64,000 bases of DNA from positions 1,664,001 through 1,728,000 of the forward strand of contig OY821641.1 in NCBI GenBank assembly GCA_963555995.3, written 5' to 3'. Source of the DNA: Vicinamibacteria bacterium. Lineage in GTDB: Bacteria > Acidobacteriota > Vicinamibacteria > Marinacidobacterales > Marinacidobacteraceae. Below the pieces are notes generated by a model. That model worked only from the letters and a program-made list of their open reading frames with translations, did not search any database and was not told the DNA's origin. This document shows, piece by piece, positions 10,148 to 20,648 of this stretch. Numbering within the stretch: the stretch's first letter is position 1; every line of letters starts with the position of its first letter. A program made the position numbers and the translations under genes.

Positions 10148-12163
10148 ATGCTCAGGATGACTTCACTTGCCGGCCTCGTCGCCGTGCTGGCCCTGCCCGC
10201 CGCTGCGGCGGCGCAGACGCCCTTCCAACCGATGGACGTGTTCGAGCTCGAGTTTGCGGTGGACCCGCAGATCTCGCCGGACGGAGCGCGGGTCGTCTAT
10301 GTCCGCACCTCCATGGACATCATGACGGACCGCCAGCGCACCGAGCTCTGGATCGTGAACGCGGACGGGTCGGGCCACCGCCGCCTCGACACCGGGGCCG
10401 GACCCCGCTGGTCGCCCGACGGGACCCGCATCGCCTACGTCGCGGACGGACAGATCCGGCTGCGCTGGATGGACACCGGCGAGACGGCCACCCTCACCCA
10501 ACTCCTCGAATCCCCGACCGGGCTCCGCTGGTCGCCGGACGGTCGGCGGATCGCCTTCAACATGCTGGTGCCCTATCCCCCGCCCCGGCTCGTCGCCCCG
10601 CCGAAGCCGCCTCCGGGGGCGGAATGGGCCGACCCGCCGATCATGGAGGACCGCTTCAAGAGCCGGCAGGACGGGGTCGGCTATCTCGACTTCGGGTTCC
10701 ACCACCTCTTCGTGCTCTCGGTCGAAGGCGGGACGCCGGTGCAGGTGACCGGCGGCGACTTCCAGCATGCGAGCCCGGCCGCCTGGACGCCGGACGGCGC
10801 GCACCTCGTCTTCTCCTCGAACCGGAAGGAGGACTGGGAGCGCGACTACCGCAATTCGGAGCTCTACCTCGCGCCGGTCGGCGGCGGCGAAATCCGCGCG
10901 CTGACGGACCGGCACGGCCCCGACCAGAGCCCCGCGGTGTCCCCCGACGGGCAGCGGATCGCGTTCGTGAGCAACGAGGACCGGCTCCGGACCTACCAGG
11001 TCCGCCGCCTCGAAGTGATGAACCTGGACGGGAGCGGCCGGCAGGTGATCACGGAGGGTCTCGACCGGAGCGTCGCCAACCCGGTGTGGGCCGCCGACGG
11101 GCACCGCATCTACTTCCAGTACGACGACGAGGGCAACCGGAAGGTGGCCTTCACCACCCTCGACGGCGAGGTCGCGGTGCTCGGGGAGAGCGTCGGCGGC
11201 TCCTCCTACGGCCTCCCCTACGCGAGCGGCTCGTTCTCGGTGGCCCGGAACGGGGCCTTCGCCTTCAACCAGACCCGTCCGGACCGGCCGGGCGAAGTGG
11301 CGGTGGGCGCGCCCGAGGCGGCGGTGCGCCGGATCACCTCCCTCAACGACGACCTGCTGGGCCAGCGGACCCTGGGCGAGGTCGAGGAGATCTGGTGGGA
11401 GTCCTCCGCGGACGGCCGCCGGGTGCAGGGCTGGATCGTCAAGCCGCCCGGCTTCGACCCGGAGCGGAAGTATCCGTTCATCCTCGAGATCCACGGCGGA
11501 CCGATCTCCCACTACGGCGACCGCTTCTCGGCCGAGATGCAGATGTTCGCCGCCGCCGGCTACGTCGTCCTCTACTCGAACCCCCGCGGCAGCACGAGCT
11601 ACGGGGAGGAGTTCGGCGACCTGCTCTACCACCACTATCCGGGCAACGACTACGACGACCTCATGTCCGGGGTGGACGCGGTCATCGCCCGCGGCTACGT
11701 GGACGAGGACAACCTGTTCGTGACCGGCGGCAGCGCCGGCGGGATCATGACCGCCTGGATCGTCGGGAAGACCGGCCGCTTCCGCGCCGCCGTCTCCGAG
11801 AAGCCGGTCATCAACTGGATCAGCAAGACGCTCACCGCGGACAACTGGTTCAACTACTTCGGGAACCGCTACGAGGGCCTCCCCTGGGAGGATCCGGAGC
11901 CCTACTGGAAGTTCTCGCCGCTCTCGCTGGTGGGGAACGTGACCACGCCGACGATGGTGCTCACGGGATCGCTGGACCTGCGGACGCCGCTCTCGGAGAC
12001 CTACCAGTTGTTCCACGCCCTCAAGTTCCGCGGGGTTGACACCGCGGTGGTCCGCATCCCCGGGGCGTACCACAACATGAGCCGCCGGCCGAGCGAGCTG
12101 ATCGCGAAGGTCGCCAACCAGATCGCCTGGTTCGAGAAGTACCGGACGTCCTCCGGCAACTGA
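10148..12163 (+). CDS. Secreted S9 family peptidase (acylaminoacyl/dipeptidyl peptidase), paralog 1
   Basis: WSPDG propeller repeats; IHGGP, GGSAGG nucleophile, DLRTP Asp, GAYH His. Confidence 0.93.
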   Translation: MLRMTSLAGLVAVLALPAAAAAQTPFQPMDVFELEFAVDPQISPDGARVVYVRTSMDIMTDRQRTELWIVNADGSGHRRLDTGAGPRWSPDGTRIAYVADGQIRLRWMDTGETATLTQLLESPTGLRWSPDGRRIAFNMLVPYPPPRLVAPPKPPPGAEWADPPIMEDRFKSRQDGVGYLDFGFHHLFVLSVEGGTPVQVTGGDFQHASPAAWTPDGAHLVFSSNRKEDWERDYRNSELYLAPVGGGEIRALTDRHGPDQSPAVSPDGQRIAFVSNEDRLRTYQVRRLEVMNLDGSGRQVITEGLDRSVANPVWAADGHRIYFQYDDEGNRKVAFTTLDGEVAVLGESVGGSSYGLPYASGSFSVARNGAFAFNQTRPDRPGEVAVGAPEAAVRRITSLNDDLLGQRTLGEVEEIWWESSADGRRVQGWIVKPPGFDPERKYPFILEIHGGPISHYGDRFSAEMQMFAAAGYVVLYSNPRGSTSYGEEFGDLLYHHYPGNDYDDLMSGVDAVIARGYVDEDNLFVTGGSAGGIMTAWIVGKTGRFRAAVSEKPVINWISKTLTADNWFNYFGNRYEGLPWEDPEPYWKFSPLSLVGNVTTPTMVLTGSLDLRTPLSETYQLFHALKFRGVDTAVVRIPGAYHNMSRRPSELIAKVANQIAWFEKYRTSSGN

Positions 12164-12222
12164 TCCGGGTAGCCTCTGCCGCCTTGCGAAACCCTCCCTT
12201 CCCCCAACCCGAGAATCGCCCC

Positions 12223-14238
12223 ATGCCCAAGATCACCCGAGTCCTCGCCCTCGCCGCCGCGCTGGCCCTTCCCGCTTCCGCCGGCGCCCAGACGCCGTTC
12301 GAGTCCATGGACGTGTTCCAGCTCGAATTCGCGAACGACCCGCAGATCTCGCCGGACGGCAGCCAGGTGGTGTACGTCCGCAGCTCGATGGACATCATGC
12401 GCGACCGGGTGCGCTCCGAGCTCTGGATCGTGAACGCCGACGGTTCCGGCCACCGCCGCCTCGGCGACGGCGGGTCCCCGCGCTGGTCCCCGGACGGCAC
12501 CCGCCTCGCCTACACCGCCGGCGGCCAGATCCAGCTTCGCTGGATGGACACCGGCGAGACCGCCACCCTCACCCAGCTTCTGGAATCGCCCAGCGGAATC
12601 CGCTGGTCGCCCGACGGCCGGTCGCTCGCCTTCAACATGCTGGTCCCCTACCCGGCGCCGCAGCTCGTCGCCCCGCCGAAACCGCCCCCGGGCGCCGAAT
12701 GGGCCGACCCGCCCATCATGGAGGACCGCTTCAAGAACCGGCAGGACGGGGTCGGCTACCTCGACTTCGGCTTCCGCCACCTCTTCGTCCTGCCCGTGGA
12801 CGGCGGAACCCCGGTCCAGGTGACCTCGGGTGACTTCCAGCACCAGAGCCCCGCCGCGTGGACACCGGACGGCGCGCATCTCGTCTTCTCCTCGAACCGG
12901 AACGCCGACTGGGAACGGGACTTCCGCAACTCGGAGCTCTACATCGCCCCGGTCGCCGGCGGCGAAATCCGCGCCTTGACCGGCCGGAACGGGCCGGACC
13001 GCAGCCCGGCGGTGTCCCCCGACGGGCAGCAGATCGCCTTCGTGGGCTACGAGGACCGGGTGCGGACGTACCAGCTCACCCGGCTCTGGCTGATGAACAT
13101 GGACGGGAGCGGCCTGCGCGCGCTCAGCGCGGGGCTGGACCGCAGCGTGTCGAGCCCGGTCTGGGCCTCGGATGGCGGCGGCGTCTACGTCCAGTACGAC
13201 GACGAAGGCAACTCCAAGGTCGGTTTCGTGACCCTCGACGGCGAGGTCGAGGAACTCGCCGGGGACCTCGGCGCGGTGTACGCCCGCCCCTACGGCGGCG
13301 GCTCCTTCTCCGTCGCCACCACCGGCGCCTTCGCGCTCAACCAGAGCCGCCCGCACAGTCCGGGCGACGTGGCGGTGGGTACGCGCGGCGGCGCGGTCCG
13401 CCAGATCACCTCGCTCAACGAGGACCTGTTCGCCGGCAGGACGCTCGGGGAAGTGGAGGAGATCTGGTGGGACTCCTCTTTCGACGGCCACCCCGTCCAG
13501 GGCTGGATCGTCAAGCCGCCCGACTTCGATCCCGGCCACCGCTATCCCCTCATCCTCGAGATCCACGGCGGGCCGATCTCCAACTACGGCGACCGCTTCT
13601 CGGCGGAGATGCAGCTCTTCGCCACCGCCGGATACGTGGTCCTCTACGCGAATCCCCGCGGCAGCACCAGCTACGGCGAGGAGTTCGGCGACCTGCTCTA
13701 CCACAACTATCCCGGCGAGGACTACGACGACCTCATGTCCGGGGTGGACGCCATGATCGCCCGCGGCTACGTGGACGAGGACAACCTCTTCGTGACCGGC
13801 GGCAGCGCCGGCGGGATCATGACGGCCTGGATCGTCGGGAAGACGGACCGGTTCCGCGCCGCCGTCTCGGCGAAACCCGTCGTCAACTGGATCAGCAAGA
13901 CGCTCACCGCCGACAACTGGTACGGCTACTACCACAGCCGCTACGAGGGCCTTCCCTGGGAGGACCCGGAGCCCTACTGGAAGTTCTCACCCCTCTCCCT
14001 CGCCGGGAACGTCACCACCCCGACCCTGGTGCTCACCGGAGCCGCCGACCTGCGCACCCCCTTGTCCGAGTCCTACCAGCTCTTCCACGCCCTCAAGTTC
14101 CAGGGCGTGGACACCGCCGTCGTCCGGCTGCCCGGCGCCCCCCACTTCATGGGACGCCGCCCCAGCCAGTTGATCTCCAAGGTCGAAAACATCATCGCCT
14201 GGTTCAACAAGTACCGCACCCACCCCACCACGAACTGA
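12223..14238 (+). CDS. Secreted S9 family peptidase, paralog 2
   Basis: Same motifs as the upstream gene and highly similar to it along the whole length. Confidence 0.93.
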   Translation: MPKITRVLALAAALALPASAGAQTPFESMDVFQLEFANDPQISPDGSQVVYVRSSMDIMRDRVRSELWIVNADGSGHRRLGDGGSPRWSPDGTRLAYTAGGQIQLRWMDTGETATLTQLLESPSGIRWSPDGRSLAFNMLVPYPAPQLVAPPKPPPGAEWADPPIMEDRFKNRQDGVGYLDFGFRHLFVLPVDGGTPVQVTSGDFQHQSPAAWTPDGAHLVFSSNRNADWERDFRNSELYIAPVAGGEIRALTGRNGPDRSPAVSPDGQQIAFVGYEDRVRTYQLTRLWLMNMDGSGLRALSAGLDRSVSSPVWASDGGGVYVQYDDEGNSKVGFVTLDGEVEELAGDLGAVYARPYGGGSFSVATTGAFALNQSRPHSPGDVAVGTRGGAVRQITSLNEDLFAGRTLGEVEEIWWDSSFDGHPVQGWIVKPPDFDPGHRYPLILEIHGGPISNYGDRFSAEMQLFATAGYVVLYANPRGSTSYGEEFGDLLYHNYPGEDYDDLMSGVDAMIARGYVDEDNLFVTGGSAGGIMTAWIVGKTDRFRAAVSAKPVVNWISKTLTADNWYGYYHSRYEGLPWEDPEPYWKFSPLSLAGNVTTPTLVLTGAADLRTPLSESYQLFHALKFQGVDTAVVRLPGAPHFMGRRPSQLISKVENIIAWFNKYRTHPTTN

Positions 14239-14256
14239 CCGAGGGATTCGGGAGCG

Positions 14257-14436
14257 GGGAGCGCCGGCCTTCAGACCGGCACCCGCTGCGCGGAGCGCAG
14301 CGGACCGCGTGGCGCTCCCCCGCGCGATGGCGTTCGGTTCTTGGTCCTTCACCACCAACAGCGACACGACACCCGCGGGCCTTCGGCCCGCTGTGCGGCA
14401 CGCCCACCGGAAGAACTGATGGACAGCGGCGCTCCC
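14257..14436. repeat. REPIN copy 2 (reverse orientation, one REP degenerate)
   Basis: GGGAGCGCCGGCCTTCAGACCGGCAC start; internal GCGGGCCTTCGGCCCGC hairpin; ends GGCGCTCCC. Confidence 0.8.
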
Positions 14437-14531
14437 CGTCGTTTCGAAGCGCCAACGGCGGGGATCGCTGAAACCCTGACAACTTCTGGCGTCGGGCGCG
14501 GGTATCGTCTGCGCTCCGAGGAGAGACATTC

Positions 14532-15302
14532 ATGCGAATCGCAACGTTGATGATCAATGGCCTCCGCCACAAGTTGCCCGAACTGCTCGGCTGGATGGAG
14601 AACCGCCAACCCGATCTCCTGGCGCTGCAAAAGACTTTCATGTGTGACGACGACTTCCCGAAAGGGGCATTCGGAGGCATTGGCTACCGGAGCCTGTCCT
14701 TCCGGGCGAGGTCGTCCGAATACAACCCCGGAGTCGCGATCCTGATCCGCGAGAAGGGCCGTTTCGAACAGGGAGAGATTGTCACGGGGCTCCCCTGCCC
14801 GGACGTAACGGGCTCTCGGTTCTTGAGCGTGGATCTGGACGGAGTCCACTTTGCGTCGGTATACGCTCCCTATCTCGACTACCTGAAAAAGGCCGAAGCG
14901 ATCAGGCGTCGCGTCGGTTGGCTGCGGCGGCTTCACGATCACGCCATGAACCTGGCACGGACAGGTAGCCCCGTCATCCTCTGTGGCGACTTCAACGTCA
15001 AGATTGACGGCCTGCCCGAGAGGGAAACGGCGAAATTTTCCGAGGACGAACGGCGAGAGCTCATCGCATGGCGCAAGAGCGGCTTGGTGGACCTGTACCG
15101 CGAAGCGCACACTCTTCACGACGATCCGGGATACACGTTCGGCTTCAGTTCGACGTGCCCCGAAGGTACGTCCCGACTCCACCTGGCAATCGCGAGCCAG
15201 AGCTTGGCACGTCACCTCGTTCGTGCCTACGTCGACACCAGAGCCGAGATTCGGAAAGAGGCTCGTCCTCTGGTGGTCGAATTCGCCGAGCCCGTCCGAT
15301 GA
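14532..15302 (+). CDS. Exodeoxyribonuclease III (Xth/EEP)-like protein with degenerate active site
   Basis: PDLLALQ, GVAIL, SVYAP, ILCGDFN, GLVDLYR and YTF match Xth; the catalytic E, D and SDH positions are altered. Confidence 0.75.
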   Translation: MRIATLMINGLRHKLPELLGWMENRQPDLLALQKTFMCDDDFPKGAFGGIGYRSLSFRARSSEYNPGVAILIREKGRFEQGEIVTGLPCPDVTGSRFLSVDLDGVHFASVYAPYLDYLKKAEAIRRRVGWLRRLHDHAMNLARTGSPVILCGDFNVKIDGLPERETAKFSEDERRELIAWRKSGLVDLYREAHTLHDDPGYTFGFSSTCPEGTSRLHLAIASQSLARHLVRAYVDTRAEIRKEARPLVVEFAEPVR

Positions 15303-16474
15303 GTAAGGCGGGGCCACCCGTCACCAAGAGCGGCGATTCGGGTCCCCTGGCCCGACTCGCGCTCGTCGCCGCCCTCCTGCTGACGAGCGCCGTGGCGCCG
15401 CCCAGCTCCGCCCTCGCCCATCCGCTCGCGTTCACGGAGGTAACCCTCACGCTGCGGGACGACGGCGGCTTCGAGGCGGACCTGATCTACGACCTCGACG
15501 CGCTGGCGCTCGGCGTGCCCTTGGACACCGATGACGCCGAGCTCGCCGCGGCGCTCGCGAGCCTCCCGCCGGACGAGTTCGCCGCCCGCGTCGCCGGCCT
15601 GCGCCAACTGTTCGAGCGGCGCGTCCGCGTCCGGTTCGACGGCCGGCCCACCCCTTTCGACGTCTCGTTTCCCGACCACGGCACGCCCCGCGCGACGGAC
15701 GCCGCGATCCCGACCGTCCTCGGCCTGACGGCGCGCCTCACGGGAGCCATTCCCGAGGGCGCGTCCACGGTCGGATTCTTCGCGTCGCGCGCCTTCGGCG
15801 AGGTGCACCTGACCATCGTGGACACCGCGCGCGCGGTGGAGGTCCGTTCCCTCCTCGAACCCGGAGCCCGGAGCGACCCGCTCGACCTGACCGGACCGGT
15901 TACCGCGCCGGGCCGCCTCGAGGTAACGGCGCGCTATGCATGGCTCGGGTTCGTCCACATCGTGCCGGAGGGCGCGGACCACATCCTGTTCGTGCTGGGC
16001 CTCTTCCTGCTGAGCGCGCGGCTCCGGCCGCTGGTCTGGCAGGTGACCGCGTTCACGGCAGCGCACGCCGCCACGCTGACCCTGGCCACGCTGGGCGTCG
16101 TCGCCCTCGCCCCGCGCCTCGTCGAGCCGCTCATCGCGCTCTCGATTGCCTACGTCGCGATCGAGAACGTCCTGACCGACCGCCTGACCCGCTGGCGGCC
16201 GGCCGTCGTCTTCGGCTTCGGCCTGCTGCACGGACTGGGCTTCGCGGGAGTCCTCGGCGAACTGGGCCTCCCCGAGCACGAGCGCCTCCTGGCGCTCGTG
16301 ACCTTCAACGCCGGCATCGAGCTGGGACAACTCGCGGTCATCGCCGCCGCCGCGGGAACGCTCGGCTGGTTCCGCGCGAAGCCGTGGTACCGCCGGCGGC
16401 TCGCCGTGCCGACCTCGGCGGTCATCGGGCTGGTCGGCGTGACCTGGGCCATCCAGCGGGCCTTCAGCCCCTGA
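15299..16474 (+). CDS. HupE/UreJ family membrane protein with N-terminal extracytoplasmic domain
   Basis: GFVHI..GADHILF, TAFTAAHA, EPLIALSIAYVA, FGLLHGLGFA, FNAGIELGQ. Confidence 0.9.
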   Translation: MSKAGPPVTKSGDSGPLARLALVAALLLTSAVAPPSSALAHPLAFTEVTLTLRDDGGFEADLIYDLDALALGVPLDTDDAELAAALASLPPDEFAARVAGLRQLFERRVRVRFDGRPTPFDVSFPDHGTPRATDAAIPTVLGLTARLTGAIPEGASTVGFFASRAFGEVHLTIVDTARAVEVRSLLEPGARSDPLDLTGPVTAPGRLEVTARYAWLGFVHIVPEGADHILFVLGLFLLSARLRPLVWQVTAFTAAHAATLTLATLGVVALAPRLVEPLIALSIAYVAIENVLTDRLTRWRPAVVFGFGLLHGLGFAGVLGELGLPEHERLLALVTFNAGIELGQLAVIAAAAGTLGWFRAKPWYRRRLAVPTSAVIGLVGVTWAIQRAFSP

Positions 16475-16565
16475 CTGGCCGGTCGCCGCTCACCGGGCGG
16501 ACCCCGGCATCCCGGTGCTAAACTCGCCGCCCGCCGCAGGGCCGACACTCCACCTCAGATTGCGA

Positions 16566-18776
16566 ATGACCAGGGCGACTCACGGCGCCACCGCGCGCGT
16601 GTCCGCTCTCGCTGCGCTCCTCGCGCTAGCGGCCGGCAGCGTGGCGGCCCAAGACTGGCCGAGCTGGCGCGGCCGGATGCAGACCGGCGTCTCGGACGCG
16701 ACCGGGCTCGTGTCGAACTGGTCGGTGGACGGCGAGAACCTCATCTGGTTCCAGGAGTACATTGGCCGCTCGACCCCCGCCGTGTTCGACGGGCGCGTCT
16801 GCGCCAACGGCCGCACCGGCGACGGGGTGGCCAAGAAGGAGATCGTCACCTGCTGGAACGCGGAGGACGGCGCGAAGCTCTGGGAACACACCTTCGCCGT
16901 CTTCAACACGACCGTCCCCTTCAACCGGGTCGGCTGGGGCAGCGTCACCGGCGATCCGGAGACCGGCATCCTCTATGCCCTGAACGTGGACGGCCACCTG
17001 CACGCCTTCGACCGTGGCGGGGACATCGTCTGGAGCTGGCGGCTCGGCGAGGACCTCGGCCGCGCGTCCGGATACGGCGGGCGGACGTCCACGCCGATCC
17101 TTGACGAAGACCGCCTGGTGCTCAGCGTCATCGGCTCGGCCTGGGGCGACCTGGGCGGGCCGCCGCGGCACCGCTACGTGGCGTTCGACAAGGCGACCGG
17201 CGACGTCCGCTGGGTGGCGACGCCGGGCGGCCAGCCCGCCGACCTCAACACGCAGTCGGTCCCCGTCGTGGCCGTCGTGGGCGGCCAGCGGTTGCTCATT
17301 GACGGGAACGCCGACGGCAACATCTACGCGCTGCAGGCGCGCACCGGCAAGAAGGTCTGGGAGTTCCACCTCAGCAAGCGCGGCATCAACGTCTCCCCCG
17401 TGGTGGACGGCGACACCGTGTACATCGCGCACAGCGAGGAGAACCTCGACGGAGGAGCGATGGGACGGGTCGTGGCCATGGACGCGACCGGCAGCGGCGA
17501 CATCACCGCCACCGGCGAGAAGTGGCGCATCAACGAGCTCGCGGTCGGATTCTCCTCGCCGGCCATCCACGACGACCGGCTCTACGTCATTGACAACTCC
17601 GCGAACCTGGTGGCGATTGATGCCGCGAGCGGCGCCGTCCTCTGGGAGCACAGCGTCGGGACCGTCGGCAAGTCGTCCCCGGTCTGGGCCGACGGCAGGC
17701 TCTACGTCACCGAGGTCAACGGCAACGTCCACATCCTGGAGCCCGGCCCCGACGGCGTCACCGAACTCGACAGCGACGACATCGAGGTGGCCGGCGGCCG
17801 CGAGGCGGAGATCTACGGTTCGTTCGCCCCGGCGTACGGGCGGCTCTACGTCACCGCCGAGTCCGGCATCTACTGCATCGGCGACCCGGACGCGCCCTTC
17901 GACCCGGCCCCGTCCCCGAGCCCCGTTCTCGGCCCCGAGAGTCCGCCGAGCGGAGCGGTCGCGAGCCTGCAGGTGGTCCCCGCCGAGGTCATCGCATCCG
18001 CGGGCCAGGCGACCCGGTTCCGGCTCCTGGCCTTCGATGCGAACGGGCAACCGGTCGGCGACCAAACCGCCACCTGGACGCTCGACGGCCTGACCGGCGC
18101 GCGGCTCGACGATGACGGCGCGTTCCAGGCGAGCCCCGACGCCGCCAACCAGGCGGGACGGGTCGTCGCCACGGTGGGCGGCGTCTCGGCCGCCGCGCGG
18201 GTGCGCATCTTCTCGCCGCTGCCCTGGACCGAGGACTTCGCGAACGGCCGTCCGCCGCACTGGATCGGCGGGGGCGGCAGCCTCGCCGCCGTGGAAGAGG
18301 GGGGCGAACCGCTCTTCCGGAAGGGAGCGTCGCGCACCGGCATCCACCGGCACGCCATCTACATCGGCCCGTCGAGCATGTCGGACTACACCGTGCAGGC
18401 CGACGTGCTGTCCACCGAGCGGGGACGGCGGCGTCCCGACATCGGGCTCATCAACAGCGGCTACACGATGGACCTGCAGGGCAACCACCAGCGGATCGAG
18501 GTCCGCTCGTGGGCCGCCGAACTGCGGATGGCCGAGCGGTTCCCCTTCGCGTGGGACACCGACGTCTGGTACACGCTGAAATTGCGGGTGGACCTTGACG
18601 ACGACCGGGCGCTCATCCGCGGCAAGGTCTGGCGGCGCGGCGAGACCGAGCCCGACGACTGGACCGTGACCGTCGAGGACCCGGAGCCGGTCCGCCGGGG
18701 AAGCCCCGGCCTGATCGGCTACTCGCCGATCAACATCTACTACGACAACGTGCAGGTGATGGAGAACCCCAGGTGA
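16566..18776 (+). CDS. Secreted PQQ-binding-like (BamB-type) beta-propeller protein with C-terminal beta-sandwich
   Basis: QDWPSWRG start; repeated A.D..TG...W blades. Confidence 0.85.
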   Translation: MTRATHGATARVSALAALLALAAGSVAAQDWPSWRGRMQTGVSDATGLVSNWSVDGENLIWFQEYIGRSTPAVFDGRVCANGRTGDGVAKKEIVTCWNAEDGAKLWEHTFAVFNTTVPFNRVGWGSVTGDPETGILYALNVDGHLHAFDRGGDIVWSWRLGEDLGRASGYGGRTSTPILDEDRLVLSVIGSAWGDLGGPPRHRYVAFDKATGDVRWVATPGGQPADLNTQSVPVVAVVGGQRLLIDGNADGNIYALQARTGKKVWEFHLSKRGINVSPVVDGDTVYIAHSEENLDGGAMGRVVAMDATGSGDITATGEKWRINELAVGFSSPAIHDDRLYVIDNSANLVAIDAASGAVLWEHSVGTVGKSSPVWADGRLYVTEVNGNVHILEPGPDGVTELDSDDIEVAGGREAEIYGSFAPAYGRLYVTAESGIYCIGDPDAPFDPAPSPSPVLGPESPPSGAVASLQVVPAEVIASAGQATRFRLLAFDANGQPVGDQTATWTLDGLTGARLDDDGAFQASPDAANQAGRVVATVGGVSAAARVRIFSPLPWTEDFANGRPPHWIGGGGSLAAVEEGGEPLFRKGASRTGIHRHAIYIGPSSMSDYTVQADVLSTERGRRRPDIGLINSGYTMDLQGNHQRIEVRSWAAELRMAERFPFAWDTDVWYTLKLRVDLDDDRALIRGKVWRRGETEPDDWTVTVEDPEPVRRGSPGLIGYSPINIYYDNVQVMENPR

Positions 18777-20224
18777 TGGACACACGACAGGCGCTGATTC
18801 TCGGAGTCCTGGCGGCGCTGGCGGCGCCCGCCGCCGCTTCGGCCCAGGAAATCGCCATGTTCGGCAACACGCCGTCCCGGAACATGGTGTCCGACGAGAC
18901 GGGCGTCGTCGGCGACTGGGACGTGGACACCGGCCGGAACGTCCTCTGGTCCCAGCCGGTCGGTTCGCAGGCCTACGGCGGCCCGGTGGTCGCGAACAAC
19001 CGGGTTTACGTCGGCACCAACAACGAGGGACTCCGCGACCCGTCCATTGAGGGCGACCGGGGCGTCGTCATGGCGTTCGCGGCGGACACCGGCACGTTCC
19101 TCTGGCAGATGGTGCATCCCAAGCTCCCGGCCGGCCGGGTCAACGACTGGCCGCGGCAGGGCGTCTGCTCGACCGCCTACATGGAGGGCGACCGCATCTA
19201 CTACGTCTCGAACGAGGCGCACATCGTCTGCCTCGACGCGAACGGCTTCGCCAACGGCAACGACGGCCCCTTCACCGACGAGGACGACACCGGCGAGATC
19301 GCCGGAGACATCATCTGGTCCTACGACATGATCGGCGAGCTGGACGTCTTCCCGCACAACCTTGCCACCGGATCGCCGCTCATCATCGGCGACGTCCTCT
19401 ACACCGTCACGAGCAACGGCGTGGACGAGGGACACGTCAACGTCCCGTCGCCCTTCTCGCCGGACTTCATCGCCCTCGACAAGAACACCGGCGAACTGCT
19501 CTGGGAGAGCACCCCGGTCGGCGAGAACATCCTGCACGGCGCTTGGACGAACCCGGCCTACGCGGTGATCAACGGACGGGCGCAGGTCATCTTCCCCGGC
19601 GGCGACGGGGTGATCTACAGCCTCGATGCCGCCACGGGCGAGCTCATCTGGCAGTTCGACTGCAACCCGAAGGACTCGGAGTGGATCCTCGGCGGACGCG
19701 GGACGCGCAACAACATCCTCTCGACGCCGGTCGTCCATGACGACAAGGTGTACATCGGCGTCGGCCAGGACCCGGAGCACGGCGAGGCGCCGGGCCACTT
19801 CTGGGTGATTGATGCGACCGGCAGCGGTGACGTCACCGACACCCACGCGGTGTGGCACCGGGGCGGCGAGGACTTCTACCGCACCATGTCCACGGCGGCC
19901 ATCAGCGACGGGGTGCTCTACATCTCCAGCCTGTCGGGCTTCCTCCACGCGCTCGACCCGGAGACCGGCGAGGAGTTCTGGACCTACGACACCTTCGCCG
20001 CAGTGTGGGGCTCTCCCTTCGTGGTGGACGGCAAGGTCTTCCTCGGCGACGAGGACGGCGACGTCGTGGTCCTGCGCGCCGGCAAGGAACTGGAGGTCCT
20101 CGGCGAGTACAACCTCGGCGCCTCCGTCTATTGCACCCCGGTGGTCAAGGACGGCGTCCTCTACATCCTCACCCGCAACCGGCTCTGGGCATTCAAGGAA
20201 GGCGCCCAGTCCGACCCCCTCTGA
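18776..20224 (+). CDS. Secreted PQQ-binding-like beta-propeller protein
   Basis: Signal peptide; MFGNTPSRN; repeated D..TGE..W blades; coupled to the upstream gene. Confidence 0.85.
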   Translation: MDTRQALILGVLAALAAPAAASAQEIAMFGNTPSRNMVSDETGVVGDWDVDTGRNVLWSQPVGSQAYGGPVVANNRVYVGTNNEGLRDPSIEGDRGVVMAFAADTGTFLWQMVHPKLPAGRVNDWPRQGVCSTAYMEGDRIYYVSNEAHIVCLDANGFANGNDGPFTDEDDTGEIAGDIIWSYDMIGELDVFPHNLATGSPLIIGDVLYTVTSNGVDEGHVNVPSPFSPDFIALDKNTGELLWESTPVGENILHGAWTNPAYAVINGRAQVIFPGGDGVIYSLDAATGELIWQFDCNPKDSEWILGGRGTRNNILSTPVVHDDKVYIGVGQDPEHGEAPGHFWVIDATGSGDVTDTHAVWHRGGEDFYRTMSTAAISDGVLYISSLSGFLHALDPETGEEFWTYDTFAAVWGSPFVVDGKVFLGDEDGDVVVLRAGKELEVLGEYNLGASVYCTPVVKDGVLYILTRNRLWAFKEGAQSDPL

Positions 20225-20231
20225 CCGCATC

Positions 20232-20255
20232 GGAGCGCCGGCCTCCGGCCGGCAT
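20232..20255 (+). repeat. REP palindrome (GGCC variant)
   Basis: GGAGCGCCGGCCTCCGGCCGGCAT, identical to 28917 and 48409. Confidence 0.85.
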
Positions 20256-20438
20256 CGCGCGATAGCGCGAAACGAGCGAAGAGGGTGCTGCACCCCACCA
20301 AAGCGGCCGCTGCAGATCAGCCGGGAGTTTTCGTAGCCCGGCCGGTAGAAGAAACTTGGCTCCATCTCACGGTAGCGAGCCACTCCGGAGATTTCCAGGC
20401 AGGGCGATGCCCGTCACAACACGGGGAGCCCGGTGTGC

Positions 20439-20648
20439 CTATTCGGCGGAAGACAGATTTGCGGCGTGCGTCTTGCCGTTGCTTCCGACCTGAACCTCAT
20501 ACGAGACCTTCTGGCCTTCGCGAAGCGAATGCAGTCCGGCTTTCTCGACCGCCGAGATGTGTACGAAAACGTCCTTCGAACGGTCCTCGGGCTCGATGAA
20601 CCCGAAGCCTTTCGCCGCGTTGAACCACTTTACTGTGCCAGTAGCCAT
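20439..20648 (-). CDS. Cold-shock protein (CspA family)
   Basis: [16 protein letters not shown] (RNP1), DVFVHISA (RNP2). Confidence 0.97.
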   Translation of the reverse strand: MATGTVKWFNAAKGFGFIEPEDRSKDVFVHISAVEKAGLHSLREGQKVSYEVQVGSNGKTHAANLSSAE

